Assembly (NCBI GenBank): GCA_964537035.1
Contig: CAZIAK010000013.1
Span: 4,826 to 68,825, forward strand
DNA: 64,000 nucleotides
Direction of reading: 5' to 3'
From: an uncultured Phycisphaerales bacterium
GTDB lineage: Bacteria > Planctomycetota > B15-G4
Made by a program: the position numbers and the translations under genes. Numbering within the stretch: position 1 is the stretch's first letter; each line of letters starts with the position of its first letter. Below, piece by piece: positions 18,633 to 28,178 of the stretch. A model generated the notes under the pieces. That model saw only the letters and a program-made list of their open reading frames with translations. It made no database searches and was not told the DNA's origin.

Positions 18633-19699
18633 GGCAGCTGCTCCCAGAGCGCCATGGTGGCTTGGGCCTGGGTGGCAGCGGTGCGCTGGCTGGCATGGGC
18701 CAGTCCCCGAGTGGCCAGGTCGTCCGCCAGAGCGCCGTCGGCCATGACCCTGGCCAGGGCCTGGGACAGGCCTGCAGACGAGTTGCCATCCACAAGCAAG
18801 GCGGCCGGTCCCACGGCTTCGGGGACCGCACCTTGTTCAGCGGCCACCACGGGCGTCCCCACGGCCATGGCCTCGAGCACCGGCAAACCGAAGCCCTCGA
18901 AGAGCGAGGGGAAGACGACGCAGCGCGCGGCACGGTAGGCCGCGAGCAACTCACCGTCGGCGAGAAATCCGGCGAAGTGCACCCGGCCCGACAGATCGCC
19001 TTCGGCAGCCCTCTGCTGCAGGGCGGCGCTGGCATCGCCCGGCGGGCCAACGATCTGCAATGTCGCCTCGGGGAGGGACGCGACGGCGTCCAACAAGCGC
19101 GCCAGGTTCTTCTTGGCGCGCAAGCGTCCCACGACGAGCAGTGTGGGCGGACGCATGCTGGGAGGCGGCTGTCCTGGCTCGGGGCAGAAGCTCGGGTCGA
19201 CGCCGTGGGGCACCACCGAGATGCGCGAGGCGCACCGGGGGTGCAGGCCGGCCAGTTGGTCTGCGGTGCGGCGGGACACACAGAGCAGGCTCGCGGCCCT
19301 GCGCACCGCACGTCCCAAGGCCAGACGGTGACGCCAGCTGTGATCGCCTTGCCGACCCTGCGCCACAGCCCAAGGCACCTCGTGCACCGTGGCGATCTGC
19401 GGGCACGCTGCCGTCCGGGACAAGGCCACCACCGGCGAGTGCAGCAGCTGCAGACCAGCGGCCCGCACCACCCGGGGAACCACCATCTCGCGCCACAGCC
19501 AGCTCGGCGTCACCGACGATGTGTGCACCTGCACCCGGGGATGCTCACGCCAGCGGGCAGGCACCTCGCCGTGGCTCAGCAGGTGCAGCTCGTGGGACCT
19601 GTCGAGCGCCAGCAGCCCGTCGATCAGCGTGGCCTGCGCCCGCTCCACGCCGGTTCGGTCGCGGTGCCCCTGGATGGAGATGTCGAGGCCGACACGCAA
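18629..19699 (-). CDS. Glycosyltransferase family 4 (GT-B)
   Basis: FPSLFEGFGLPVLEAMAVGTPVVA motif and the typical MRVGLD N-terminus. Apparent TTG start with GAGG 5 nt upstream. Confidence 0.85.
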   Translation of the reverse strand: MRVGLDISIQGHRDRTGVERAQATLIDGLLALDRSHELHLLSHGEVPARWREHPRVQVHTSSVTPSWLWREMVVPRVVRAAGLQLLHSPVVALSRTAACPQIATVHEVPWAVAQGRQGDHSWRHRLALGRAVRRAASLLCVSRRTADQLAGLHPRCASRISVVPHGVDPSFCPEPGQPPPSMRPPTLLVVGRLRAKKNLARLLDAVASLPEATLQIVGPPGDASAALQQRAAEGDLSGRVHFAGFLADGELLAAYRAARCVVFPSLFEGFGLPVLEAMAVGTPVVAAEQGAVPEAVGPAALLVDGNSSAGLSQALARVMADGALADDLATRGLAHASQRTAATQAQATMALWEQLP

Positions 19700-19706
19700 A
19701 CGAACC

Positions 19707-22436
19707 TCACTTGTCCTGGCTGTCTGGGCCCTGCCAACGGGCCGTGTAGTGACGATCCAGTTCGAGGGCTGGCCCCGAGAACGGGTCGAAGGCCTCTGTG
19801 CCCCGGGGACCGTCCGGGCCTGCCGAGCCGTCCGCAGAGAGGCGAGTGGGACTGCTCCAACCCAGCTCTCCGTCGGCGGTGCGCACGCGCACGTACGCGT
19901 AGGTTGATCCCGTGGTGGGCACGACGAGCTCGGGAGCTTGCAAGGTCACGGTGAGCGCCTGTCCGCTCACGGTCTGCTCGCTCACCACCTCGCCGTCGAC
20001 GATCAGCTCGATCAATGAGAGCTGCTGAGAGCCGAGCAGGTCGACCTCCACCAAAACGCCTCCCGTGGGGCCTGCGTCGGTCTGGGCAGAGACGCCCATG
20101 GGCACGCGGTCCCACTCGACCCAGAGGCTCATGCGGCAGGTGGAGGCGAAGGTCAGGCGACTGTGCAAGGCGTCGAAGATCTGGTCGCGCTCCACGGCGG
20201 GGACCCATGTGCCAGCGAACGAACCGTAGCTCGACTGGTGATCACTGGAAGCGATGAAGCCGAAGTGCAGACCACCATCGAGGGCCGCTCGAGCGAAGCG
20301 CTTCTCGTTCTTGGTGGGCACGGAGCGGGGGCCGCCCAGGACCTCTGAGGCGCCCCGGTAGCCCTGGAAGATCTCGACCACTCGGTCGTACTCCGGCTCG
20401 AAGTTGAGCCAGTCGAAGACGCAGGGGTTGCTCTGAAACATGCCCGCCGGCGTGTGCGGGATCGTCAGCACGTCATGACCCTCGAACTGAGCCCACACCT
20501 CGTCGAGATAGTCAGCCACGCCGTCATCCCGCTGGGGGTGAAACTTGCCGCGATAGCCGATCACCGGCGGCGGTCCGCTGCGGGCGATGACGTTGCGATG
20601 GCCGGTGAAAGCGTCCGCCCGCTCGTAGGCTGGCATCTGCACCATGCGGCCCGGCGCGTTGTAGGCCTCCATGGAGCCCAGGTTGCGCCACCAGTCGTAG
20701 GCGTTCATGTGTTCGAAGTGGTCGGTCACGGCCATGTACTGCAGCCCGCCCACGTCGTAGGCGTAGCGCACGGCATCGGTGAAGGGGCCATCCCAGTTCG
20801 AAGAGCAGCGGGACAGATCGGTGTGCCGGTGCAGATCACCTAGGGCGCAGAGCAGTTCCGTGCCATCGGCCAGGGTGCGGTGAGGCAAGGGCTCGGGGAT
20901 GTTGTCCGCACCGTCACGCCAGGCGGGCAGGGGCGCGCCCTCGCCAAGCGGCAGGGCGGACACGGCGGCCCCCTTGCCGATGCGGCCCACGGTCACCCTG
21001 GTCTCTTCGGTGCTGATGGGCTGCCACCAGACCAGGTTGTCGCCGTAGATCTCCTGACCATCAGCGGTCTCGACCGTGAGCCCCCGTTCACGCTGGTCGC
21101 CGACCACCGCGAAGGCCGAGCCGCCCTTCTGCAACGGACCCAAGGCGAAGGGCGCGTCGCTGCGACCGTTGGAGCCGGTGAGGCCGTACTGGTGGGTGCC
21201 GCGGTACTCCCAGGTCTCGCCGTCGTAGAGGCTCAGGTAGGTGAACCAGATCGAGACCCGCCAGCCCACACCCGCACCGCCACGAGTCTCCACGAAGTCG
21301 GTGAACTGCTTCTCCTCCGGGTCTTGAAACTCTGGGGGCAGGGGCATGCCTCGGAAGGCCAGCAGCAACTGACCGCTGCCGTCGACCCGGATGCGGGGGC
21401 GCTCGCAGCCCTTGCGCAGATTTCGGTTGATGCCATCCATGAAGGGCTCGGCCAAGGGCGCCACCTGTCCTTCATCGATGGCCACGACCTCGACGGTGCG
21501 CACGTCGTGCAGGGCCTCGGTGAGCTTGTTCACCGAACCCTCCTTGCCCCAGTTCTCGGGGCCGACCTCATAGGCCACGTAGAGTCGCTCGTCCGCTGCT
21601 GCCACAGAAGCGTTCACTTCGAAACGGGGCGTGTCGGTCACGCGCCGGCGCACATCGACCTGGGGGGCACCTGCGGTTGAGAGGGAGACCTCGGCGAGCA
21701 GGACGTCGTAGTCACCGTCGACCGCCGCGTCCCAGACCACGGCGTAGCGACCGTCGCTGCGCGCGCACGATGACGGGAACCAGTGCCCCGCGGCGTCGTC
21801 CGACACAGCGACCGTCGAGCTCCAACCGCTCGCGGTGGCAAAGCCTCGGGCAGAGATCGAGCTGCCGCTGTCGTCCAGGGTCATCCAGACCAGCAGCAGG
21901 CTGCCGTCGTCACCGGCTGTCAACATGGGGTGCAATGCCCGCTCGCCCGCCGCGGCGACCAGGGTCGTCATGGGACTGGCGGCGCCCAAGGTGCCCGGCT
22001 CGGCGCCCGGCGCAAAGACCACCTCGTTCAGCACCCAACGGTCGCCCTCCTGCTCGGACCAGACCACGTGCAGGGCTCCGTCACCGTCGGCCCCCACCGC
22101 CGTGCCCAGCAGGTGGGTCGCGCCGGTCCGCACCGACACCACGGTCTCACCCCAGTCTGTGAGCAGGGAGAGCTCGACGCCGTCACCGGCCCCATCAAAG
22201 ACCTGGTAGGACACCCAGACATCTGCGTTGGGCATGAGCGCCATGGCGGGCCAGTCTTGGGCCGCCGTGTTGGCTGGCCAGACCTCTGGAGGTCGCCGGG
22301 GATAGGGCTGCCGCTCAGCAGGCGAGCTGGCGTCGGTGGCGGGGTCGCCGCAGGCCGCGAGAGCCCAGCAAGCGAGCAGCAACAACGACGGGCGCAAACA
22401 GGTCAGGCGATGAGGCATGAAAGATGTTCTGGGCAT
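19707..22436 (-). CDS. Lipoprotein with N-terminal beta-propeller-like repeats and a C-terminal PHP-type (CehA/McbA/DUF3604-like) metallohydrolase domain
   Basis: Start trimmed to MPRTSF..LLLLACWALAACG (lipobox, ATG at 22436). Repeated strands (HVVWSEQEGDRW, LLLVWMTLDD, YAVVWDAAVDGDYD, LYVAYEV) suggest a propeller. PHP-like metal ligands: GDLHRHTD, AVTDHFEH, IPHTP, IASSDHQ. Confidence 0.75.
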   Translation of the reverse strand: MPRTSFMPHRLTCLRPSLLLLACWALAACGDPATDASSPAERQPYPRRPPEVWPANTAAQDWPAMALMPNADVWVSYQVFDGAGDGVELSLLTDWGETVVSVRTGATHLLGTAVGADGDGALHVVWSEQEGDRWVLNEVVFAPGAEPGTLGAASPMTTLVAAAGERALHPMLTAGDDGSLLLVWMTLDDSGSSISARGFATASGWSSTVAVSDDAAGHWFPSSCARSDGRYAVVWDAAVDGDYDVLLAEVSLSTAGAPQVDVRRRVTDTPRFEVNASVAAADERLYVAYEVGPENWGKEGSVNKLTEALHDVRTVEVVAIDEGQVAPLAEPFMDGINRNLRKGCERPRIRVDGSGQLLLAFRGMPLPPEFQDPEEKQFTDFVETRGGAGVGWRVSIWFTYLSLYDGETWEYRGTHQYGLTGSNGRSDAPFALGPLQKGGSAFAVVGDQRERGLTVETADGQEIYGDNLVWWQPISTEETRVTVGRIGKGAAVSALPLGEGAPLPAWRDGADNIPEPLPHRTLADGTELLCALGDLHRHTDLSRCSSNWDGPFTDAVRYAYDVGGLQYMAVTDHFEHMNAYDWWRNLGSMEAYNAPGRMVQMPAYERADAFTGHRNVIARSGPPPVIGYRGKFHPQRDDGVADYLDEVWAQFEGHDVLTIPHTPAGMFQSNPCVFDWLNFEPEYDRVVEIFQGYRGASEVLGGPRSVPTKNEKRFARAALDGGLHFGFIASSDHQSSYGSFAGTWVPAVERDQIFDALHSRLTFASTCRMSLWVEWDRVPMGVSAQTDAGPTGGVLVEVDLLGSQQLSLIELIVDGEVVSEQTVSGQALTVTLQAPELVVPTTGSTYAYVRVRTADGELGWSSPTRLSADGSAGPDGPRGTEAFDPFSGPALELDRHYTARWQGPDSQDK

Positions 22437-22449
22437 GGCTGAGGAGAGT

Positions 22450-23616
22450 TTATGAAACCGCACTGACAAAGACGGACTCGAGCACCTCAGCGTGGGCATT
22501 CCATGTGAATCGCGCCGCCGTCTCTGCGGCCGCCGCGCCCAGTTCTTCTCGCCGGGAGCGTTCGCTGAGCAAGTCGAGGAGTCCATCTGCCAGCGCCTGG
22601 CGGTCCTGTGGATCCACCGAGAGCACCGCCTCGCCGCCGTAGTCGGCCATGGGCGTCCCGCTCGAGGTGAGCACGGCCCGGCCACAGACCATGGCCTCGA
22701 AGACGGGCAGACCGAAGCCCTCACCGAGCGAGGGATAGGCCACCACATCGGCCTGGCGAAGCAACGCGGCCAGATCGGCCTCGCTCACGGCCCCCGCCGC
22801 GGCCACGCGCCGGCCACCCGCAGGCAAGGCCCCCAGCTGGGCCAGGCGACGCTCGAAGTCCTCGCAGCCCCAGCCCTTGGGCCCGACTAGCAAGAGCTGG
22901 GCTCCCTGGCACTGGCCTGGCGTCAGAGCGAGGAACGCCTCCACCAGGGCCGCCTGATTCTTGCGCGGCTCACGGGTGCCAGGCACCAGCACCAGCGGAC
23001 AGTCGCCGCCCCCTGTCAGGCCAGCCCCGGCGAGCACACTCTCCACCCGCGCGCGATCGTCAGGCAGGGGCAGGGCGCTCACGTGATCGCAGCCCAAGGG
23101 AGCCAGCACCAGCTGATCGGCTCGGGCGACCCCGAGGGCCAGGGCGTCGTCTGCGGTAGCTCGCGACGGCACCACGATGGCTGCCGCCCCTTGGGCGCGA
23201 CGCATCAGCCGCCGGCTCACCGTGCGCACGAAGCGCTCGCTGTGCCATCCCCGGCCCTGCATGAACAGCACGTCGTGGACCGTGAGCACCTCGGGCACGC
23301 GAGCCACCGGGGCAAACACCAGGTCGGTGTGATGAAAGACGTCGAGTGACGGCAGGAGACGTTCGACAGACAAGCCCAGAGGCGCCAGCAGCTGCTGCAG
23401 CCGAGCGGGGAAGCGACGAGGTGCCACCCCGGGCAAGCGCAGCTCTGGGCGGGGACGACGCCAGGCCAGGGCCCAGGGCACGATCTCAACCCGGCCACGC
23501 CGCCGCAGGGCAGCCAGGCTCTCCCGTGCAGCCCGCCCCATGCCGGTGGCGCCAAACAACGCCGGACGCACATCGAAGCCCACCACCACCTTGCCAGTCT
23601 CTGCAGGCTCAACCAT
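22450..23616 (-). CDS. Glycosyltransferase family 4 (GT-B)
   Basis: YPSLGEGFGLPVFEAMVCGRAVLT motif. The start overlaps the Wzx stop by 8 nt. Confidence 0.85.
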   Translation of the reverse strand: MVEPAETGKVVVGFDVRPALFGATGMGRAARESLAALRRRGRVEIVPWALAWRRPRPELRLPGVAPRRFPARLQQLLAPLGLSVERLLPSLDVFHHTDLVFAPVARVPEVLTVHDVLFMQGRGWHSERFVRTVSRRLMRRAQGAAAIVVPSRATADDALALGVARADQLVLAPLGCDHVSALPLPDDRARVESVLAGAGLTGGGDCPLVLVPGTREPRKNQAALVEAFLALTPGQCQGAQLLLVGPKGWGCEDFERRLAQLGALPAGGRRVAAAGAVSEADLAALLRQADVVAYPSLGEGFGLPVFEAMVCGRAVLTSSGTPMADYGGEAVLSVDPQDRQALADGLLDLLSERSRREELGAAAAETAARFTWNAHAEVLESVFVSAVS

Positions 23617-25075
23617 CGGGGGCGCCCTCCGTCCCCAATCTCAACGGCCAGACACCGGCGGCGGCCAGGCCCAGCAGTCCCAGGCCCACACCGATGAGCA
23701 GCTGCACCAGGGCAGGCGCGCCGGCCCAGAGCGGGCTGGCCAGCCTCTGCACGATCAGCACCCCGGCGGCACAGGCCCCTGGGCGCGACAGATCTCTCAG
23801 GGACGGCCCCACCCCCGTGAGCCGCAGCGCCACCCCCACGGCGCCCGTGAGCACCATGGCCTCGGTCATCACCGTGGTCCAGGCCGCCCCCTCGATGCCG
23901 TAGCGTGGGATGGCCCACAGGTTGGCGGCCACGTTGAAACCCGCCGCCGCCGCGGAGATGAACATCATCTTGCGCTGGTATCCCGCAGCCAGCAGCAGAT
24001 GCACATGGGGGTAGGCGCAGAACACCAGCACCACCGCCAGGGACAAGATGCCCAGGGCGTCCGCAGCCACGCCGTACTCTGGGGGATACACGATGCCGAT
24101 GACCTGGGCCCGCAGGCCTGGCACCAACGCGGTGACCATCACGCCCGCTGAGAAGAGCAACCGCAGGGTGCGCCGATAGAACGGCAGCAAGGCGGCAGGC
24201 CCCTTGGCCCACAACCGGGAGTACACCGGGAACACGACCTGGCTCACCAGCACGGGCACCATCAAGACGAAGGTCATGATGCGATAGGCCGCCGAGTAGT
24301 GGGCCACGGCGACCTCGCCCAGCAGGGGCCGGAGCATGGCCGTGTCCACGTAGAAGTAGAGCGAGGCCAGGGTCATGGAGATGCCTGCGGGCCAGGCCTG
24401 CTTCCAGAGCTGAGACCGCTGGGCTCGCGTCGCATCGAAGCGGATCGCAACCCGCCTGCGGGCCCACAGGTAGCCCAGACAGCCGGTCACCAGGGGGCCC
24501 AGCCCGAAGGCGATCAGGTAGGGAGCGGGGCCGTCCACGCCGGCGACCGCGAGCACGGCGGTGCCCATCAGCCAGGCGGTCTGGCCGGACAGCGACGCGG
24601 TGACAACCCAGCGGAAGGCCATGTCCACGTGGAAGATCGCGCTGGCGCCTCCCGGGGCGTGGAAGAACAGGTGCAGGGCGGCCAGGGAGAGCAGCCCGAA
24701 GCGCATCCCCCAACCCTCAAACAGGAACGCCAGGGCCACCAGCAGGGCCACACCGAGCGCGGCGATGAAGGCCTTGATCAAGACCAGGGTGCCGATGAGC
24801 TGGCCCGCGTGGGCCCGGTCGCGGCTGGCATCACGAATGACGATGGTGCCCAGGCCGAAGTCGAGCACGTTGTTGAGCAGCTGATACAGGGTCAGGTACC
24901 AGGCGAAGATGCCGAAGTTGACCTCGCCCAGCTGACGGGGCAGCAGCACGGCCGTGATGACGAAGGACAGCGTCGAGGTGTAGAGGCGGCCGGCGATCTG
25001 TCCCGCCGCGTTGAGGCCAACCTGCCGGGAGAGACTCACCTCGTCGCTCCTGGCCAGCCCACCGAGCGCCACCAC
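23609..25075 (-). CDS. Oligosaccharide flippase (Wzx/PST family)
   Basis: About 12-14 TM helices with the PST-type N-terminus (VGLNAAGQIAGRLYTSTLSFVITAVLLPRQLGEVNFGIF). First gene of the GT4 operon. GTG start. Confidence 0.8.
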   Translation of the reverse strand: MVALGGLARSDEVSLSRQVGLNAAGQIAGRLYTSTLSFVITAVLLPRQLGEVNFGIFAWYLTLYQLLNNVLDFGLGTIVIRDASRDRAHAGQLIGTLVLIKAFIAALGVALLVALAFLFEGWGMRFGLLSLAALHLFFHAPGGASAIFHVDMAFRWVVTASLSGQTAWLMGTAVLAVAGVDGPAPYLIAFGLGPLVTGCLGYLWARRRVAIRFDATRAQRSQLWKQAWPAGISMTLASLYFYVDTAMLRPLLGEVAVAHYSAAYRIMTFVLMVPVLVSQVVFPVYSRLWAKGPAALLPFYRRTLRLLFSAGVMVTALVPGLRAQVIGIVYPPEYGVAADALGILSLAVVLVFCAYPHVHLLLAAGYQRKMMFISAAAAGFNVAANLWAIPRYGIEGAAWTTVMTEAMVLTGAVGVALRLTGVGPSLRDLSRPGACAAGVLIVQRLASPLWAGAPALVQLLIGVGLGLLGLAAAGVWPLRLGTEGAPDG

Positions 25076-25089
25076 GGGCAGCGCTGGCG

Positions 25090-25737
25090 GTGCCGCTTGA
25101 TAGGCTGGCGTTCCCCTCGTGGAGTCAGTCTGTGCTCGCCATCGTTCTCGCTGCTGGCCGCGGTCGCCGAGTGGGCGGCCCCAAGGCCCTGCTCGACCTG
25201 GCTGGCGTCAGCGCCCTGGAGCGGGTCCTGTGGGCGCTGCGAGGTGGCGGGCTGGAGAACCTCAGGGTGGTCCTGGGAGCAGAGGCCGAGAGGGTCGCCG
25301 AGCAGATCGACCTGAGCGGCGTGGCCGTGACGCACACAGCAGACATCGACCGGGGACAGACCGCGTCGCTCAAGGCGGGCCTGGCCCTGGGCCCGGTGGA
25401 CGACGACGGCTTCGTGGTCCATCCCGTAGACGTGGCCTTGGCCGATGAGGAATCCGTGGCCACCCTGCGCGCGGCCTTTCTTGCACGAGGTGCTGAGACC
25501 TCGATCGTCGTCCCCAGCGTGGCGGGTCGCCGAGGACATCCGGCGTTTTTCGCCGCCGCACTGGCTGCCGAGTTCGCGGCCCTGGGTGATGACGAGCCCG
25601 CCCATCGGATCGTGCGTCGCGACCCTGGCCGGATCTCTCATGTGGTCATGGACAGACCGTGGCTCATCCGCGACCTGGACCTGCCGGCCGACGTGGAAGC
25701 CGCCAGGGCTGAGCTGAGAGAGCGCCCTCTGCACTGA
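25090..25737 (+). CDS. MobA/MocA-like nucleotidyltransferase
   Basis: N-terminal LAIVLAAGRGRRVGGPKALL NTP-binding loop and the GRRGHP motif typical of MocA-type cytidylyltransferases. Confidence 0.75.
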   Translation: MPLDRLAFPSWSQSVLAIVLAAGRGRRVGGPKALLDLAGVSALERVLWALRGGGLENLRVVLGAEAERVAEQIDLSGVAVTHTADIDRGQTASLKAGLALGPVDDDGFVVHPVDVALADEESVATLRAAFLARGAETSIVVPSVAGRRGHPAFFAAALAAEFAALGDDEPAHRIVRRDPGRISHVVMDRPWLIRDLDLPADVEAARAELRERPLH

Positions 25738-25777
25738 CACCAACAAGCCAGCAGGTCTGGCCGGGCCGGGCCGGCGA

Positions 25778-26194
25778 TCAGCCGACGAGCAGCACCTCGA
25801 CCCGGTTGCGGATCTCGTCGCGAACCAAGCGGAAGGCCGTCTTCACCTCGGCGTCGCTACCACCCACGGCGGAGGGATCGTCGAGGGGCCAGTGGATGGT
25901 GGTGACCTTCTTCTTCAGCTTGGGCGGCACCTCGTCGGCGTCAGAACTCAAGGTGATCAGGGTGTCGATCTTGTTCAATGGCACCTCGTCAAACGAGGTG
26001 GCACCCTGCACCGAGATGTCGATGCCCAGTTCGCCCATCACCTCGACGGCGTGGCCGCTGGGGCCTTCGGGAGCAAGCCCCGCGCTGAAGATCTTCAGGC
26101 CAGAATTCGCCATGGAGCGGGCGAAGCCTTCAGCCATCTGGCTGCGGGCATTGTTGCCCTTGCAAACGAAGAGGAAGTTCTTTGGCTTGGCCAT
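25778..26194 (-). CDS. ArsC / low-molecular-weight phosphatase family protein (P-loop Cys only)
   Basis: CX5R(S) P-loop FVCKGNNARSQMAEG and DDP general-acid region. The position equivalent to the Trx-coupled ArsC redox cysteines reads TLSSDADEVPP, with no Cys. Confidence 0.8.
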   Translation of the reverse strand: MAKPKNFLFVCKGNNARSQMAEGFARSMANSGLKIFSAGLAPEGPSGHAVEVMGELGIDISVQGATSFDEVPLNKIDTLITLSSDADEVPPKLKKKVTTIHWPLDDPSAVGGSDAEVKTAFRLVRDEIRNRVEVLLVG

Positions 26195-26326
26195 GGAGAG
26201 GGTTCCTCAGTGTGCCGGGATAGCGTGAGATTCGACCGTGCATGTTAGCAGCAATGGCCAACTCAACCAAGGCGTGGGATGGCCGAGCCAGGTCCTTTCT
26301 GCCGACGTCTCGCTTGACCTGAGCGG

Positions 26327-28168
26327 TCAGGGGTCCTCGTCCCGCCAAACGCTGAGGAAATCGATGGCTGCCTGGAGGGGCTTGCTGATCACGCCCACGG
26401 GAAAGACCGCCACGTCCAGGCGCTCGAAGGGTCCGGTCACCTGGACCTCACAGATGAGGTTGCGCTGGATGAAGCCCCAGAGGGAACCCAGCACCCCCTC
26501 TGGTTCGCTCATCAGCAGCAAGTACAGGTCGAGGGCTCCGTCCCTGTCGACGCGCCCCTGCCCGGTGAGGGCCAGCAGCCCGAGATCGACGCTGAGCTGG
26601 TTGATGGTCAGGATGCCGTCCCAGAGATTGAGTTCGGCCACCAGGCGCTGGTCATTGCGGCGCTCAGCGGGGCCGAGGGTGAGGGCCTGGCGGATCAAGG
26701 TGAGCATGCGGGACTCGGCAAAGCGACCGGCCCGGATGGCCAGCTCGCCCCGACCTTGCATCTGATCCAGGTTGTCCATGTCACCCGAGCAGAGCACTCG
26801 GCCTGCGACCCAGCCCGCCAGGGGGTTCTCTCGCGCGAGTTCAGGAGCCAGGCTGCCCTGCAGGTCGGCGAGGTTCAGCTCTTTGAGCGACAGGTCGAGA
26901 CGAAAGCGGTTATCTGCCAGGTCGAGTTCGCCCGAGCCCGTGAAGCCGCCCTCGGCCACGAGCCCGGTGACCTCGGGCACCACGAGTCGTTCGCCGGAGA
27001 CTTCGAGCCGCCCCACCACGTCGTCGAGAGTCAGCCCCAGACCCTCCAGGTCGATGGCCTGGACATGGAAGCCCCCCTGCCCCGTCACCGCCGGAGTCGC
27101 TCCCAGATCGAAGTCCCAGGAGAGCTCGAGGTCGAGGTCGAACTGACCCCCATCTCGGCAGCGCACCACATCTTGCTCGCCGTAGACCGGGACCAGCCCC
27201 AGCAGGGTCTCCTGAAACCCTCCGTCTCGAATGGTGATGGCCAGGTCGAGCCCCTCTGCCGTGCCCTCGATGTTGGCCACCATGGAGCCCTCGTTGAAGG
27301 ACCAGGGCTCGGTGGTGACCGAGAGCTTCCCGGCGGTGAGGTCGAGCGGCAGGGTCAGGGGGCCCAGTGGGACGGGAATCAGGGGCGAGTCGATCACGGC
27401 CTCCCGAATGACACCGTGGATGTCCGGCAGGTCCTGGTGCAAGGCTGTGATCTGCAGGTCGGCTCGGCCTTGTGGGCGAGTGAGCCTGGCCAGCAAGGGC
27501 CCCCAGGGTTCGCCGATCAGGCGCACGATGCCCGGCGTCAGCATGAGGTCTTCGGTGGCCAGGCGCTCCAGGCCACCGTTGCCGAAGACCAGGACCAGCC
27601 GTCCGCCTCCCCCTCCGAAGTCGATGGTGGCGTCGATGGTCTGGCCGTTCTGGGCCACCAGCACCTGGCTGCCAGGGTAGTTCTCCAGGGGCCAGGAGTC
27701 GGCCAGCAGAACCACGTCGAGGTCGTGAAACCAGAGTGGCGGCAGGTCACTCGAGTCGTCGCCTTCAGAGGCCTCGTCGACCAGGTCGACGATGGTGGCG
27801 ATCACATCGATCAGTGAGGCCACCATGCTGCCCAGGGTGTCGGCGGTGGGCACGATGGCCACTCGGCCACCCCGCCCATCGATGCCCATCAGCTCTGCGG
27901 TCAAGCCCTCGTCCCAGCCCACGGCCAGATCGATGTCGAGGCGGGACAACTGCACCACGTCGTGGCTGCCCGTCTCGTCAGCCAGGGCCACATCGAGCAG
28001 GGCCACGCCTCGGGGCAGATCGAGCTCCAGGCCAGAAAAGCTCAGCTGCTGCTCCAGCCCGTTGAGCTGGATCTGCTCACGGACCGCGTCTGAGGCCAGG
28101 TCATCAAGGGCCCACCAGCTGCCCACAGTTGCCAGGGCCAGGGCCCCCAGACTCAAGGCTGTGCGCAT
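26327..28168 (-). CDS. AsmA-like / DUF748-like envelope protein
   Basis: N-terminal anchor MRTALSLGALALATVGSWW followed by a long beta-rich region. The AsmA-type C-terminal pattern is present (GELAIRAGRF..., LTGQGRVDRDGALDLYLL). Start trimmed to the ATG at 28168. Confidence 0.65.
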   Translation of the reverse strand: MRTALSLGALALATVGSWWALDDLASDAVREQIQLNGLEQQLSFSGLELDLPRGVALLDVALADETGSHDVVQLSRLDIDLAVGWDEGLTAELMGIDGRGGRVAIVPTADTLGSMVASLIDVIATIVDLVDEASEGDDSSDLPPLWFHDLDVVLLADSWPLENYPGSQVLVAQNGQTIDATIDFGGGGGRLVLVFGNGGLERLATEDLMLTPGIVRLIGEPWGPLLARLTRPQGRADLQITALHQDLPDIHGVIREAVIDSPLIPVPLGPLTLPLDLTAGKLSVTTEPWSFNEGSMVANIEGTAEGLDLAITIRDGGFQETLLGLVPVYGEQDVVRCRDGGQFDLDLELSWDFDLGATPAVTGQGGFHVQAIDLEGLGLTLDDVVGRLEVSGERLVVPEVTGLVAEGGFTGSGELDLADNRFRLDLSLKELNLADLQGSLAPELARENPLAGWVAGRVLCSGDMDNLDQMQGRGELAIRAGRFAESRMLTLIRQALTLGPAERRNDQRLVAELNLWDGILTINQLSVDLGLLALTGQGRVDRDGALDLYLLLMSEPEGVLGSLWGFIQRNLICEVQVTGPFERLDVAVFPVGVISKPLQAAIDFLSVWRDEDP

Positions 28169-28178
28169 GGACTCGGGG

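Noticed and set aside
18070-19311. 413-aa minus-strand ORF spanning two GT4 genes in another frame; similarly 23217-24713 inside Wzx and 14825-16144 opposite the kinase
   Set aside because: These alternative-frame products are Pro/Arg/Ala-rich and cross the boundary of two genes that each have clear GT4 EX7E motifs. They are not credible coding sequences.
22437-22748. N-terminal 104 codons of ORF 19707-22748. The same kind of 5' extension occurs on 26327-28450, 43002-45590, 45594-48545, 50183-53242, 53133-54416, 47838-49079 and 53913-55655
   Set aside because: The extensions overlap the neighbouring gene or are Arg/Pro-rich. In each case an internal ATG with a Shine-Dalgarno sequence and/or a signal peptide or lipobox (or the conserved family N-terminus) gives a better start.
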